A DNA stretch of 64,000 bases. Origin: Clostridiales bacterium. GTDB lineage: Bacteria > Bacillota > Clostridia > Christensenellales > UBA1242. The DNA is taken from the NCBI GenBank assembly GCA_918262735.1, contig CAKJYJ010000005.1:139538-203537 (forward strand). The letters are read 5' to 3'. Within the stretch, counting starts at the first letter, position 1. The number at the start of each line of letters is the position of its first letter. The translations under genes and the position numbers were made by a program. The notes under the pieces were generated by a model. The model ran no database searches and was not told the DNA's origin. It saw only the letters and a program-made list of their open reading frames with translations. Shown here one piece after another: positions 1 to 9,243 of the stretch.

Positions 1-2396
1 GCAGGCTTTTGAGCGTAATCATTATAGCCAATTACACTTTGCGTTCTAGAATTATTTTCGTAAACAAAATATACTGTTACATTTTTAACTTGCCACTTTG
101 CATAAATGTCGGTGTTTTCATACACCATATCAGAATTAAAATCCCATTCGTTTTGATATAATATGTCGCTATACCAACCAACGAGTTCCCATCCTGGACG
201 AATTGGGCTTTCTGGTTCATCTATCCAATCACCATAACCAGCACTAAAAGACACATTACTTTGCCCGGGAACATTGTTATGTATTGTAACCTGATACTCA
301 ATAGCTTCCCATTTTGCAAATAGAAAAGCGCTTGCAGAGTAACCATAATCGTTATTGAATGTTGTTTGAAATTCATCCGATACTGTTGGGCTGGTTATAA
401 CCATTGCCCCACTATTTGTAAGTAACCAAATGTTCTGCCCTTGTTTTTTTGTTAGTGGATTTTCAAAGGCGCTATCATAGTACCACCCTACAAATGTGTA
501 ACCATCTCTTTGTGGGGCATATATATCCGCATTGTTAACACTTGATGTTATAACTCTTTTTTTATTGTTTGTGTTATTTGTTCCACCATTGGTTTCATAA
601 ATAACATTAACCATATTTTCATTTTGCGCCAACTTCAATATGGTGATAGTAATAACCCTTGATTGCCCACTATTATTCCTTAATGTTACGGTGTAATCTG
701 TTATTGTATTCAAATTATAGTTGATTTGTACACCAAGATATTTACCAGATTCAGATATGTCTGTTCTTTGATTAACCAAAGAACCACAAATTGTGTTAGA
801 TTCTTTAACCGAATTATATGTTGAATAATATATTCTTGCGATAAAATATCCAGTTGTGGCGGTTGTTCCAACAACAACATTAACATCGGCATCCGTGTAG
901 TTTGTATATAGTTGATACCTCCCGTTATTTGAAACCTGGTTGCCATCTCCACTATCAAAATTATATAGCACATGGCTTAATTCCAAACCATTATTTACAT
1001 AAAAAGCCTTTACATGAGTTTGGGTTTTATTTAATGTCTGATTGGTGTATGTTATAACCAATTTGTAACCGCCCGCCTCAATTCCGGTTCCAGAAATACC
1101 AATTGTTCTGGCACTAGGATTAATAGCAAAGTTAAATAGGCTTGTAACATCTCTCGTTGTTTTGTATATTCTTATTTTATCAATTTTGGTGTTTGCAGAA
1201 ATATTGTAATTATAATTAAGGTTTACGCTTGAAGAAAAATACATGTTTCTCTGTTTCGTTTTACCATAGTCTGGATTGTAGTTTCTGTAATAATATTTGC
1301 CCTTTAGGGTGGTTGTGTATGCACCATAACTTGCGCTTTCACTGGCCATTTGTTCTGGTGTGATAGTTGTTTCTAAGTAGGTGTTTCCCTGAGTTGTCGA
1401 CTCTTCATATTTGTAACCAATGAAATAACTATGTATGTTTGTATCCTCGTACATTAAATAGAAAATACCATCATTGTCAACATGATTGCCCCATTGGTTT
1501 AGAGCAATCCATGCGCCAGTTTTGCCACCAACAGCAAATGTGTCATCCCATCCAATAATTGAAATTGCGTGACCAGACACCCCATCGCCGGGAACTTTAT
1601 AGTAATAATTAACTCCCTCATATTCATCAATCTGGGTGCTACCAGAATTGTTTATGTCTATTCCAACCATCAATGAGCCATAATTTTTAATGTGATATTT
1701 TATTGAATTTCTCGTGTCTGCATTTGTTGTGTGAACATTGCCAGAATCTTTTTGCCCATAACGAACCGTCTTAATGTTCTTTAACAGCTCTTTATTAGCA
1801 AATTGTGAATAGTAGTTGTAGTACTGTTCTTTATTCTCTTGACAAATAATAGGTAGATTTTCAAACTCAAAATCTTGTTCCAAAACAACCCCGTAATTCT
1901 TAACAACTGCGTCAAACATAAAGAACCAACCACCACCGCCAACAGTGTAGCTAACTGGTGCCCCATGGTCAACCAACAAATTACTACTCCCAACAAGATT
2001 TTGTTTGATGCTAGCATAGTTGTAATCCATTGCAAGTGTTACCCACGCCTCCGAAAAATCCATATATTCGCCAGTTGCCATCATTAATGTTGTTGATAGT
2101 GCCTCAGACGAAGCGAATGCCCAACAAAGATTGGCTGGGTTTTGGTTTTTGGTGTAAATAACATAATCATCTCTTAAACAGTAGTTCATCTCCATATTGG
2201 CAGTATGATTTGCGGAATAATCTATGTAATCAGAGTGAATTGCTTCCAGTGTGGTTTCATTTATACCAACATTCAAAGCATCTATTGTTTGAGCATAAAT
2301 ATCTTTTTTGTTCGGAATGGCAACAAAAAAAATTCCAAGTGTAAAAATAACAATAAATGCTAAAAGACCAAATAGTTTTAATTTATTACGTTTCAT
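1..2396 (-). CDS. Papain-like (C1 family) cysteine peptidase with N-terminal signal/anchor and C-terminal Listeria-Bacteroides (Flg_new-type) repeats; 3' end lies outside the window
   Basis: ATG at 2394-2396 preceded by GAGAGGAAGAG. The frame stays open to nt 3 (798 codons). It is absent from the ORF track because no stop falls in the window. My translation: MKRNKLKLFGLLAFIVIFTLGIFFVAIP..., QNPANLCWAFASSEAL (catalytic Cys), VSGHAISIIGWDD (His), WIALNQWG (Asn/Trp). Later repeats: APQRDGYTFVGWYYD and PGWELVGWYSD. Confidence 0.85.
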   Translation of the reverse strand, partial: MKRNKLKLFGLLAFIVIFTLGIFFVAIPNKKDIYAQTIDALNVGINETTLEAIHSDYIDYSANHTANMEMNYCLRDDYVIYTKNQNPANLCWAFASSEALSTTLMMATGEYMDFSEAWVTLAMDYNYASIKQNLVGSSNLLVDHGAPVSYTVGGGGWFFMFDAVVKNYGVVLEQDFEFENLPIICQENKEQYYNYYSQFANKELLKNIKTVRYGQKDSGNVHTTNADTRNSIKYHIKNYGSLMVGIDINNSGSTQIDEYEGVNYYYKVPGDGVSGHAISIIGWDDTFAVGGKTGAWIALNQWGNHVDNDGIFYLMYEDTNIHSYFIGYKYEESTTQGNTYLETTITPEQMASESASYGAYTTTLKGKYYYRNYNPDYGKTKQRNMYFSSSVNLNYNYNISANTKIDKIRIYKTTRDVTSLFNFAINPSARTIGISGTGIEAGGYKLVITYTNQTLNKTQTHVKAFYVNNGLELSHVLYNFDSGDGNQVSNNGRYQLYTNYTDADVNVVVGTTATTGYFIARIYYSTYNSVKESNTICGSLVNQRTDISESGKYLGVQINYNLNTITDYTVTLRNNSGQSRVITITILKLAQNENMVNVIYETNGGTNNTNNKKRVITSSVNNADIYAPQRDGYTFVGWYYDSAFENPLTKKQGQNIWLLTNSGAMVITSPTVSDEFQTTFNNDYGYSASAFLFAKWEAIEYQVTIHNNVPGQSNVSFSAGYGDWIDEPESPIRPGWELVGWYSDILYQNEWDFNSDMVYENTDIYAKWQVKNVTVYFVYENNSRTQSVIGYNDYAQKP

Positions 2397-2433
2397 CTCT
2401 TCCTCTCTGACTTATCTACTATTGTTTGCAAGT

Positions 2434-2461
2434 ATTATAACATATATTTATGATTAGACAA
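2434..2461 (-). promoter_or_regulatory. Sigma-70-type promoter of the peptidase gene
   Basis: Minus strand reads TTGTCT (2461-2456), a 16-nt spacer, then TGTTATAAT (extended -10, TATAAT at 2439-2434). It lies about 40 nt upstream of the ATG. Confidence 0.5.
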
Positions 2462-2558
2462 AATAAATTCATGGGTAAATAATAAATTATTTAATTTTGA
2501 AGCAGTGGCCTAAAAGATTTAAGAATAATAATTCAATTACCTCGTCATTATATAAAAA

Positions 2559-2586
2559 ACAAAATTGCCAATTAGGACAATTTTGT
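2559..2586 (-). terminator. Rho-independent terminator after the flavoprotein operon (looks bidirectional)
   Basis: 9-bp perfect stem ACAAAATTG / CAATTTTGT with a 10-nt loop, flanked by an A-run on one side and a T-run on the other. It sits 25 nt past the stop at 2611. Confidence 0.7.
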
Positions 2587-2610
2587 TCTGTTTTTACAAA
2601 GAATTACTAT

Positions 2611-4188
2611 TTAAATATATTTTTTTATAATTTTTTCTGCACATTTAATTCCATCAACCGCACTACTGATAATTCCACCAGCATAACCAGCACCCTCTCC
2701 ACAAGCATATAGGCCACCAATTGTGCAAATATAGTCTTCTGTTCTATTAAATTGAACCGGACAACTTGAGCGAGTTTCTGGAGCAATCAAAACTGCATTG
2801 TTTGCTGTAAATCCTTTAATTTTTTTATTAAACAATGGTAAAGCCTCCCTTATGCTAGATGTAACAAATTCAGGCAAACACTTCCCAATATCACACCACT
2901 TAACGCCCGGCAAATATGTTGATATCTCAACTTTTTTGTTGCCCTCATTCAAAAAAGAGCCAACCGTTTGTGCTGGGGCAAAATAATTTTTGCCCGCAAG
3001 CTCATATGCTAATTTTTCGTATTTACGTTGAAAATATAAACCCTGCAACACATCATCTCCACCAAAGTCAGAAGGCAAAACATTAACCAAAACCGCAGAA
3101 TTGGCATATTTTCCATCTCTTTTATAATTGCTCATACCATTGGTGATTACCCCGCCATGCTCACAAGATGATGCAACAACACTTCCTCCAGGACACATGC
3201 AAAACGAAAAAACACTTCTGCCATTTTTTAGATGCTCTACCAATTTGTAATCCGCACTTGGCAACTGTTTATTATATCCATTTCCATATTGGGCAACATT
3301 AATCAACTCTTGTTCATGTTCAATTCTAACACCCATTGCAAACGGTTTTTGACGCATATAAATGTTTTTACTTTTTAATAACTCAAACGTGTTAATTGAA
3401 CTGTGCCCAATTGCCAAAATTAATTCATCACACTCAAGTTTACATATCTCTCCGTTTAATGTGTTTTTATAAAAAATTGATGAAATATTGCCATTTTTTA
3501 TTGAAAAATCACAAAAATTAGCATTAAAAATAACATTTCCGCCATTTTTTATTATTTCTTCTCTTATATTTTTAACAATCTTCTTTAGGTTGTCAGTTCC
3601 AATGTGTGGTTTATTTTTATAATATATTTCTTTTGGGGCGCCATGCTTTATGAACTCGTTTATAACCTTTTTACAATAAGAATTATTCAGCGTTGTGTTC
3701 AATTTTCCATCGCTAAAAGTTCCTGCACCACCTTCTCCATATTGCACATTTGAATACACATTAAGCTCACCGCCTCTCCAAAAATTTTCAACATCAATTT
3801 GCCTTTCTTCAACACGTTTTCCTTGTTCAATAACAATTGGATTTAGCCCAGCATAACTAAGCACAAGTGCACAAAACATTCCGCTTGGGCCAAAACCAAC
3901 AACAACTGGTCTTTTTTTATTTGAGCAAATTTGTTCATAAATTAAACCAGCGTGGTCTGGAACAATGTCTTGGAATTTTAACAGCTGCTTATATGCACAC
4001 TCATCAACATCTATTGCAACATTCATTACATAATAAACATTTGGCTTTTTTCTTGCATCTATTCCCTGTTTTATAATTTCATATGAACGTAAATTCTTTT
4101 TGTTTATTTTAGCTCTGCTGCAAATTGCAGAAATCAAATCTTCTTCCGAATACTCTGGCTTTAATTTTATTTCAGTAATTAATTTCAT
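2611..4188 (-). CDS. FAD-dependent dehydrogenase (COG2509-like uncharacterised flavoprotein)
   Basis: Start re-set to MKLITEIKL (ATG 4186-4188), which forms an ATGA overlap with the upstream stop. Dinucleotide-binding motif VVVGFGPSGMFCAL, then GEGGAGTFSDGKL and a C-terminal GEGAGYAGGI. Confidence 0.8.
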   Translation of the reverse strand: MKLITEIKLKPEYSEEDLISAICSRAKINKKNLRSYEIIKQGIDARKKPNVYYVMNVAIDVDECAYKQLLKFQDIVPDHAGLIYEQICSNKKRPVVVGFGPSGMFCALVLSYAGLNPIVIEQGKRVEERQIDVENFWRGGELNVYSNVQYGEGGAGTFSDGKLNTTLNNSYCKKVINEFIKHGAPKEIYYKNKPHIGTDNLKKIVKNIREEIIKNGGNVIFNANFCDFSIKNGNISSIFYKNTLNGEICKLECDELILAIGHSSINTFELLKSKNIYMRQKPFAMGVRIEHEQELINVAQYGNGYNKQLPSADYKLVEHLKNGRSVFSFCMCPGGSVVASSCEHGGVITNGMSNYKRDGKYANSAVLVNVLPSDFGGDDVLQGLYFQRKYEKLAYELAGKNYFAPAQTVGSFLNEGNKKVEISTYLPGVKWCDIGKCLPEFVTSSIREALPLFNKKIKGFTANNAVLIAPETRSSCPVQFNRTEDYICTIGGLYACGEGAGYAGGIISSAVDGIKCAEKIIKKYI

Positions 4189-5342
4189 AAACTCTCCCCA
4201 ACAATCCTGCCGCTGGTCCAAGCCCATTGGAGATTATACCCACCGCACACTCCATCAACATCAACAACCTCTCCCATAAAATATAATCCATTGTTATTTG
4301 TTGATTGCAAATTATCATCAAGGAAAGAAAGTTTAACTCCGCCAGAACAAACCTGGTTATTATCACATGGTGAAAATGTTTTTATGTGATAATTTTTTAT
4401 AATGTCAACAATACATTCAATTTGTTTGTTGTTGATAGTCGATACGCTTAAATTATAATTGAGATGAGCCTTACTTAAAATTTGTTCGGATATTGCACCA
4501 ACAAATAGTCCAGTAAAAAAATCTTTTACTTTCAATTTGCTTAAGTTAACCACCCTCTTTGATAGTTCGTCAATTAAATCTTGTTTGTTCATTTTTGGCA
4601 AAAAATCAACATATATATCATTTGCAAAACTTTTTTTTCTGGACATAAATGCAGAAAGATTAAAAATAACAATACCACTTATAGCATCTTCTTTAAAAAG
4701 CACCTCGCCCTCTTCATAGAATTTATCATTATTAATGCTGCAAGAAACTCCAACATTAAAAACCCGTATCCCACTTAAGTTTTTATTGGTGTCGGTGTGT
4801 AACGCACACAAACTTGGTAAAAAATTATTATATTCAACGTTGAACTTATCTAATAGTTTAAGGTTTGTTTGATTTCCAGATGCAAAAACAACCGCGTCAT
4901 ATTTTTTTATGCTTGAATCTGAAAGTTTAACAAAATATTGTGATTTTTCATTAAAAACATCAATAATTTCGGTATTTTGGACGAACTTTATGTTATTTTT
5001 TTGTTTAATATAATTATTTAATACATCAACAACAGATTGTGACGAATTTGTTATTGGATAAACCCGCCCCTCATTGTCTGCATAAGTTTCAAGTCCGATA
5101 CTATTAAAAAAATCAATCGTTTGCTCATTTGTGAATCTCTGCATGTGATTATTTATATTACAACTATATGAATATTTGTTCATATTTATATTGGTTAAAT
5201 TACACCTGCCATTCCCTGACACAATTATTTTTTTACCCAGTTTTGACGTTTTTTCATAAATTGTTATATTTACATTATTTTTAACAAAGCAGGCACACAT
5301 CAGCGCACTTGCACCGCCACCAATAATACAAACCTCTTTCAT
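4185..5342 (-). CDS. NAD(P)/FAD-dependent oxidoreductase, HI0933/YhiN (BaiN-like) family
   Basis: N-terminal VCIIGGGASALMCA Rossmann motif. GNGRCNLTN and a C-terminal GGYNLQWAWTSG are typical of this family. Confidence 0.8.
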   Translation of the reverse strand: MKEVCIIGGGASALMCACFVKNNVNITIYEKTSKLGKKIIVSGNGRCNLTNINMNKYSYSCNINNHMQRFTNEQTIDFFNSIGLETYADNEGRVYPITNSSQSVVDVLNNYIKQKNNIKFVQNTEIIDVFNEKSQYFVKLSDSSIKKYDAVVFASGNQTNLKLLDKFNVEYNNFLPSLCALHTDTNKNLSGIRVFNVGVSCSINNDKFYEEGEVLFKEDAISGIVIFNLSAFMSRKKSFANDIYVDFLPKMNKQDLIDELSKRVVNLSKLKVKDFFTGLFVGAISEQILSKAHLNYNLSVSTINNKQIECIVDIIKNYHIKTFSPCDNNQVCSGGVKLSFLDDNLQSTNNNGLYFMGEVVDVDGVCGGYNLQWAWTSGRIVGESL

Positions 5343-5344
5343 AT

Positions 5345-5668
5345 CTAGTTTTCCTTTTTAGATTTTTCTAATTCATCAATCAATTTTTTTAGTTTTTCAA
5401 ACTTACTGTCTAAAACTCTTTCAACCTTATCTTCGCCAACATATCCCCAAAGTTGTTCCATACACATTTTAACATCAGCAAGTTCTTCAATTAAGTTTTC
5501 CTCAATTTTTGGATCGCTTTTATATTCTCCGTATAAACATTTTCTTTTGTACTTATTTATTGCCACAGTTAATTCTGCCATTTCTTCTATTGCCTGGTCA
5601 TACTGTGCAACAAGTCCCCACAATTCTTCCGCTTTTTTATATATTGTTTGTCTTTCCTCTTTGTTCAT
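5345..5668 (-). CDS. MazG-like nucleotide pyrophosphohydrolase domain protein
   Basis: Start re-set to MNKEERQ (ATG 5666-5668) behind AAGGAG. EEMAELTVAI ... EELADVKMCMEQL is the paired acidic-helix pattern of small MazG-type proteins. Only a 2-nt gap separates it from the next gene. Confidence 0.7.
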   Translation of the reverse strand: MNKEERQTIYKKAEELWGLVAQYDQAIEEMAELTVAINKYKRKCLYGEYKSDPKIEENLIEELADVKMCMEQLWGYVGEDKVERVLDSKFEKLKKLIDELEKSKKEN

Positions 5669-5849
5669 GTTTTTTCTCCTTGAATAAAGTTTATCACATA
5701 TAACCATTAATGTAAAAACAAATTTATTCTTTTATTCGGACATATGAAAGAATTTACAATTTTGTAGTATGCTTTATTGAAAAATAAATAAAAACTCAAA
5801 AATTATTTGTTTATTATGTTTTTTTAATGAATTTTCATTATTTTTTTAT

Positions 5850-5889
5850 TTTAATAAAAAATAAAGAGTAGATTTTATTTCTACTCTTT
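5850..5889 (-). terminator. Rho-independent terminator of nrdDG
   Basis: Stem AAAGAGTAG / CTACTCTTT (9 bp, 5863-5871 / 5881-5889), followed on the minus strand by a T-rich run. It sits 25 nt after the nrdG stop. Confidence 0.75.
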
Positions 5890-5913
5890 AATTCATATTT
5901 CAATTATTTTATA

Positions 5914-6459
5914 CTAATAACCGCAAGAACAACCAGTCCAGCTGTTTTCTATTCTTTCATCGCCAGAATCATTATCTCTAACAAATAACTTACCCTCTTT
6001 AAGCGATTTCTTAGCTAAAATTAATCTTTGATTACTGCTACCTTTCCACTTTAGTCCCAGTTCTTTCATTGATGGTATAAATGGGCCATCAACCAAAACA
6101 TCAACATATTTTAACCCTTCCAAATCTTTAATTTGCTCAAAAGTATAGCCGGTATAGCACCAAATTGTTTTATTTGGATATCTTTTATGTATTTCTTGCA
6201 TTAATGCAAAAACTTCATCTCTATTTCCCGGAAACAATGGATCGCCGCCACTAAAAGTTATTCCGGAAATATAGTCTTTTTCTAGTTCTGCAAATATCTC
6301 TTCTTTTGCATCATTATCAAATGGTATTCCGCCATTGCAGTCCCAAGTTTCTGGGTTTTGACAATCCTTGCATTTATGATTACAACCAGCAAGCCAAAGC
6401 ACAACCCTAAGACCATCGCCATTAAGCATATCAACCTTAGTAATGTTATGATAATTCAT
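5914..6459 (-). CDS. nrdG: Anaerobic ribonucleoside-triphosphate reductase activating protein (radical SAM)
   Basis: N-terminal DMLNGDGLRVVLWLAGCNHKCKDCQNPETWD (CxxxCxxC cluster). It sits immediately downstream of nrdD. Confidence 0.92.
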   Translation of the reverse strand: MNYHNITKVDMLNGDGLRVVLWLAGCNHKCKDCQNPETWDCNGGIPFDNDAKEEIFAELEKDYISGITFSGGDPLFPGNRDEVFALMQEIHKRYPNKTIWCYTGYTFEQIKDLEGLKYVDVLVDGPFIPSMKELGLKWKGSSNQRLILAKKSLKEGKLFVRDNDSGDERIENSWTGCSCGY

Positions 6460-6467
6460 TTTTCCTC

Positions 6468-8645
6468 CTACATAGACTTTCTGTCTCTAATTTCGGCAAG
6501 CTTACCATCATTCATAAAGCTTCTACCCTTAACCCTTGAATAGCCAAGGTAACCACAAACCCTGTTAACCTCTGTTATGTCCTCACTTCCACATTTTGGA
6601 CATACCTTCATATCAATTTGTTCGTATCCACAGTTTTCACAATAGCATTTTTCCATGTTAACACCCTGATAATAACCCTTTGCCATACCTCGACGAACAA
6701 TTGTTTTAAATGCTTCAATATTATAATCCACAGGATATCTTGTGTATGTTATTTTACCACCATTAGAAAGTTCCCAGAAACGCCCCTCGTAATCTTGTTT
6801 TTCAATTGGGGTTATTTCTTCTGAAACATGACAGTGGAAACTATTTGAAAAATACTCTTTGTCTGAAACTCCAGGAATAATTCCATATTTTTCTCTAAAT
6901 TGTTGAACCTGAAGTGCAATCAAACTCTCTGCAGGCGTTCCATAAATAGCATATAAAATATGATCCTCTGCTTTAATTTTTGCAACATAATCGTTCAAAT
7001 ATTGCATAACCTTAATAGCAAACTCACCATCCTCTATTATTGATTTACCATTATATAATCTTTGAAGCTCATTTAATGCTGTGTATCCAAAACTAAATGT
7101 AACATAGTCTAAAAGTGGTTTGATTGTTTCATCGGCCTTTAAATTTCCTCTATATAATCCGCCCTCCATAAATGCAAGTGGAGATTTTGATGCTTTTATT
7201 TTTGCTAGATAATCTCTTGTTTTAATATGAAGATGTCTAATCATCTCAAGATAATACTTATAAACTTCAAAGAAATCTTTGCCTTCTGTTTTGGCCTTCA
7301 TAAACACCATTGGTAAATTAAGGGTTATGGCCCCACCATTCCACCTTCCAACATACACCGGAACATCATTTTCATCAGCCGGTTGTTGTCCACCCCTTTC
7401 ATAATATGGGCTAAGGAATGCACGGCAACCCATTGGCGAAATAACCTTGCCGTATTTTTTGTAAATTGATGCAATATATCCCTCACCACTCATACTTAAA
7501 TAGTCTGGATATTGAGCTCTTGAAGAACAATCTATTGCGGCGTCAAATAAATCTTCACAGCATTTACCTTCACCATGTATGTTTTCGTCATATAAGAAAA
7601 CAAGTTTAGGGAATAAAACTGCCTTTTTAAATCCAGGCGCTCCTTGCCCACCCTTTCTTACTTTAAGCATAGCAAGTGTTGCCATCTTTTCAAATTTGCT
7701 GGTTCCAAGACCAAATGTAAATGTAACAAATGGATAATCACCACGAGAAGAACCAACAGTGTTTAATTTATACTCAAGAGCTTGGAAGCCTTGCTCAAAA
7801 TCTCTTCTTACCTTGTTGGTTGCAAATTCGTCAGCCCTGGCCTCCATTTCTTCTTGGCTTATTGAAACGTTATCGCCAAGCCCTTTTACCATATCCATAT
7901 ACTCGGTATAGAATTTTTTATAACTCTTTTGTGCATAAGGCTCTAAAATTTTATCCATTTCTGGGGCCGTCCAACCACCATATTGCTGGCTTGCTGATGC
8001 CATAATAACATCGCCCAAAACGTTAAACGCAATGGCAAGTGTTGTTGGCTCTGTGTATTTAATGTTACCCAATTCAAAACCGCCCTTAAACACATTTGCA
8101 ACGTCAAATAAACAACAGTTGTATGTGTCTAACCTTGCACTCCTATCATGAATGTATATGTAACCATCTTTCATTGCTTGACGTTCATCTGCATTAAGGA
8201 AGAACTTTTTATAGAACTCACCATTAAGCTCGTTCCAGCCCAAACATCTTTTTGTTGAAACAAGAGTGCTATCAGTGTTTGCATTACTTCTATCACCAAT
8301 GAAATCAATTGCCTGAACTCTTCTATAAACGTTATCGATTATCTTATAGAAATCTTGCTTATAGTTTCTATAATCTCTGTAGCTCTTTGCAACATCGGCA
8401 TTGATTGTATCTAATGCTGATTCAACAATAAAATGCATCGTTGGAATGTCAATAACTTTATAATCTGCCCCTTCCTTATCTGATGCCATTTTTTCAGCCT
8501 TTTTGGTAACAAAAGACCTAACTTTATCTAATTCGTGGTCAGATAGTATAACAAGAGCCCTGTTGGCACTTTTGGTTATTGCAACAACAACCTTTTCAAC
8601 ATTGAAGTCTTCTTCTGTGCCATCTTTCTTAATAACCTTTAACAT
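6468..8645 (-). CDS. nrdD: Anaerobic ribonucleoside-triphosphate reductase (class III RNR)
   Basis: Start re-set to MLKVIKKDGTEEDFN (ATP-cone start; ATG 8643-8645 behind TAAGGAGGAAG). C-terminal Zn-ribbon CENCGYE...CPKCGS and glycyl-radical motif NRVCGYLG. Confidence 0.95.
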   Translation of the reverse strand: MLKVIKKDGTEEDFNVEKVVVAITKSANRALVILSDHELDKVRSFVTKKAEKMASDKEGADYKVIDIPTMHFIVESALDTINADVAKSYRDYRNYKQDFYKIIDNVYRRVQAIDFIGDRSNANTDSTLVSTKRCLGWNELNGEFYKKFFLNADERQAMKDGYIYIHDRSARLDTYNCCLFDVANVFKGGFELGNIKYTEPTTLAIAFNVLGDVIMASASQQYGGWTAPEMDKILEPYAQKSYKKFYTEYMDMVKGLGDNVSISQEEMEARADEFATNKVRRDFEQGFQALEYKLNTVGSSRGDYPFVTFTFGLGTSKFEKMATLAMLKVRKGGQGAPGFKKAVLFPKLVFLYDENIHGEGKCCEDLFDAAIDCSSRAQYPDYLSMSGEGYIASIYKKYGKVISPMGCRAFLSPYYERGGQQPADENDVPVYVGRWNGGAITLNLPMVFMKAKTEGKDFFEVYKYYLEMIRHLHIKTRDYLAKIKASKSPLAFMEGGLYRGNLKADETIKPLLDYVTFSFGYTALNELQRLYNGKSIIEDGEFAIKVMQYLNDYVAKIKAEDHILYAIYGTPAESLIALQVQQFREKYGIIPGVSDKEYFSNSFHCHVSEEITPIEKQDYEGRFWELSNGGKITYTRYPVDYNIEAFKTIVRRGMAKGYYQGVNMEKCYCENCGYEQIDMKVCPKCGSEDITEVNRVCGYLGYSRVKGRSFMNDGKLAEIRDRKSM

Positions 8646-8665
8646 TGTGTGCTTCCTCCTTACAT

Positions 8666-8681
8666 ATACAATATATTGTGT
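8666..8681 (-). promoter_or_regulatory. NrdR box (strong match)
   Basis: Minus strand reads ACACAATATATTGTAT, against the published NrdR palindrome acaCwAtATaTwGtgt. It lies between the promoter and the nrdD RBS. Confidence 0.6.
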
Positions 8682-8696
8682 TTGAGCACGAGCCTC

Positions 8697-8712
8697 TCCA
8701 CAATATTTGTTC
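8697..8712 (-). promoter_or_regulatory. Second, degenerate NrdR-box-like palindrome
   Basis: Minus strand reads GAACAAATATTGTGGA. The right half fits the NrdR consensus, but the core is one nt short. Its centre is 31 nt from the strong box and it sits 3 nt downstream of the -10. Confidence 0.35.
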
Positions 8713-8714
8713 AT

Positions 8715-8743
8715 ATAATAACAAACCCAAAAATATAAGTCAA
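8715..8743 (-). promoter_or_regulatory. Sigma-70-type promoter of nrdDG
   Basis: Minus strand reads TTGACT (8743-8738), a 17-nt spacer, then TATTAT (8720-8715). Confidence 0.6.
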
Positions 8744-8970
8744 ACAAAAATACACATATTTTTTTATTTTTTTTTATTAATTTTATTTGACATAAAAATA
8801 ACAATATGATATACGCACAACCACCCAAACATACACTAGGAGCGGTGTTGTATATAAATCCTAGGAAAATAAAAACAACCCAAAATATCAGTCTATGAAC
8901 ATCTATTCATACGACCATAAATTACAAATAAAGCACAAAAAATACAAACTAAAACATGCGTTCAGTTTTT

Positions 8971-8998
8971 ATAAAAAAAATTGGGCGAATGCCCAATT
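8971..8998 (-). terminator. Rho-independent terminator of the metallophosphoesterase operon
   Basis: Stem AATTGGGC / GCCCAATT with loop GAAT (8979-8998), followed on the minus strand by eight T. It starts 2 nt after the stop at 9001. Confidence 0.85.
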
Positions 8999-9000
8999 CC

Positions 9001-9240
9001 TTAAATATCTTTTAATATGGTTGCAAGTTCTTCAAGAACCTTTTTGTTTTCAATCTTTTCTGCCAAAACTCCAACAAGTTCAATTTTTAGTTTTTTATCC
9101 TGTTGGTCTCGGAGCCTTATTGCCTCATCTGTTAAAGGGTTCCCACATTTAGGACAAAAGTTATATATCTCTAAATTTACTTTTGCATTGCAGTATGCAC
9201 AGAAATCTCCATTTTCAAGTGTTTTAATTCCTCTTATCAT
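9001..9240 (-). CDS. Small zinc-ribbon protein with helical K/E-rich C-terminus (function unknown)
   Basis: CAYC-x13-CPKCG four-Cys ribbon followed by a helical K/E-rich segment. Its GGAGGG RBS lies inside the end of the upstream gene. Confidence 0.7.
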   Translation of the reverse strand: MIRGIKTLENGDFCAYCNAKVNLEIYNFCPKCGNPLTDEAIRLRDQQDKKLKIELVGVLAEKIENKKVLEELATILKDI

Positions 9241-9243
9241 GGT

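Noticed and set aside
5734-5745. 12-nt word ATTCGGACATAT shared in inverted orientation with 17420-17431 in another intergenic region. I considered it a possible regulatory or repeat element.
   Set aside because: A 12-mer match between two sites in 64 kb of AT-rich DNA (both strands) is expected many times by chance. The flanks do not align.
8646-8828. 61-codon N-terminal extension of nrdD in the ORF track (MGGCAYIILLFLCQ...).
   Set aside because: The extension reads through the promoter and the NrdR-box region. The conserved ATP-cone start MLKVIKKDG at 8645 has a strong TAAGGAGG RBS, so the extension is a longest-ORF artefact.
9001-9240. The CPKCG motif flanked by helices in the 79-aa protein, considered as a Rad50/SbcC-type zinc hook. 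That would make the MPE operon an SbcCD analog.
   Set aside because: No ABC-ATPase head domains are encoded anywhere in the operon. The protein also has a second CxxC that forms an ordinary four-Cys ribbon. The analogy is too thin to support a call.
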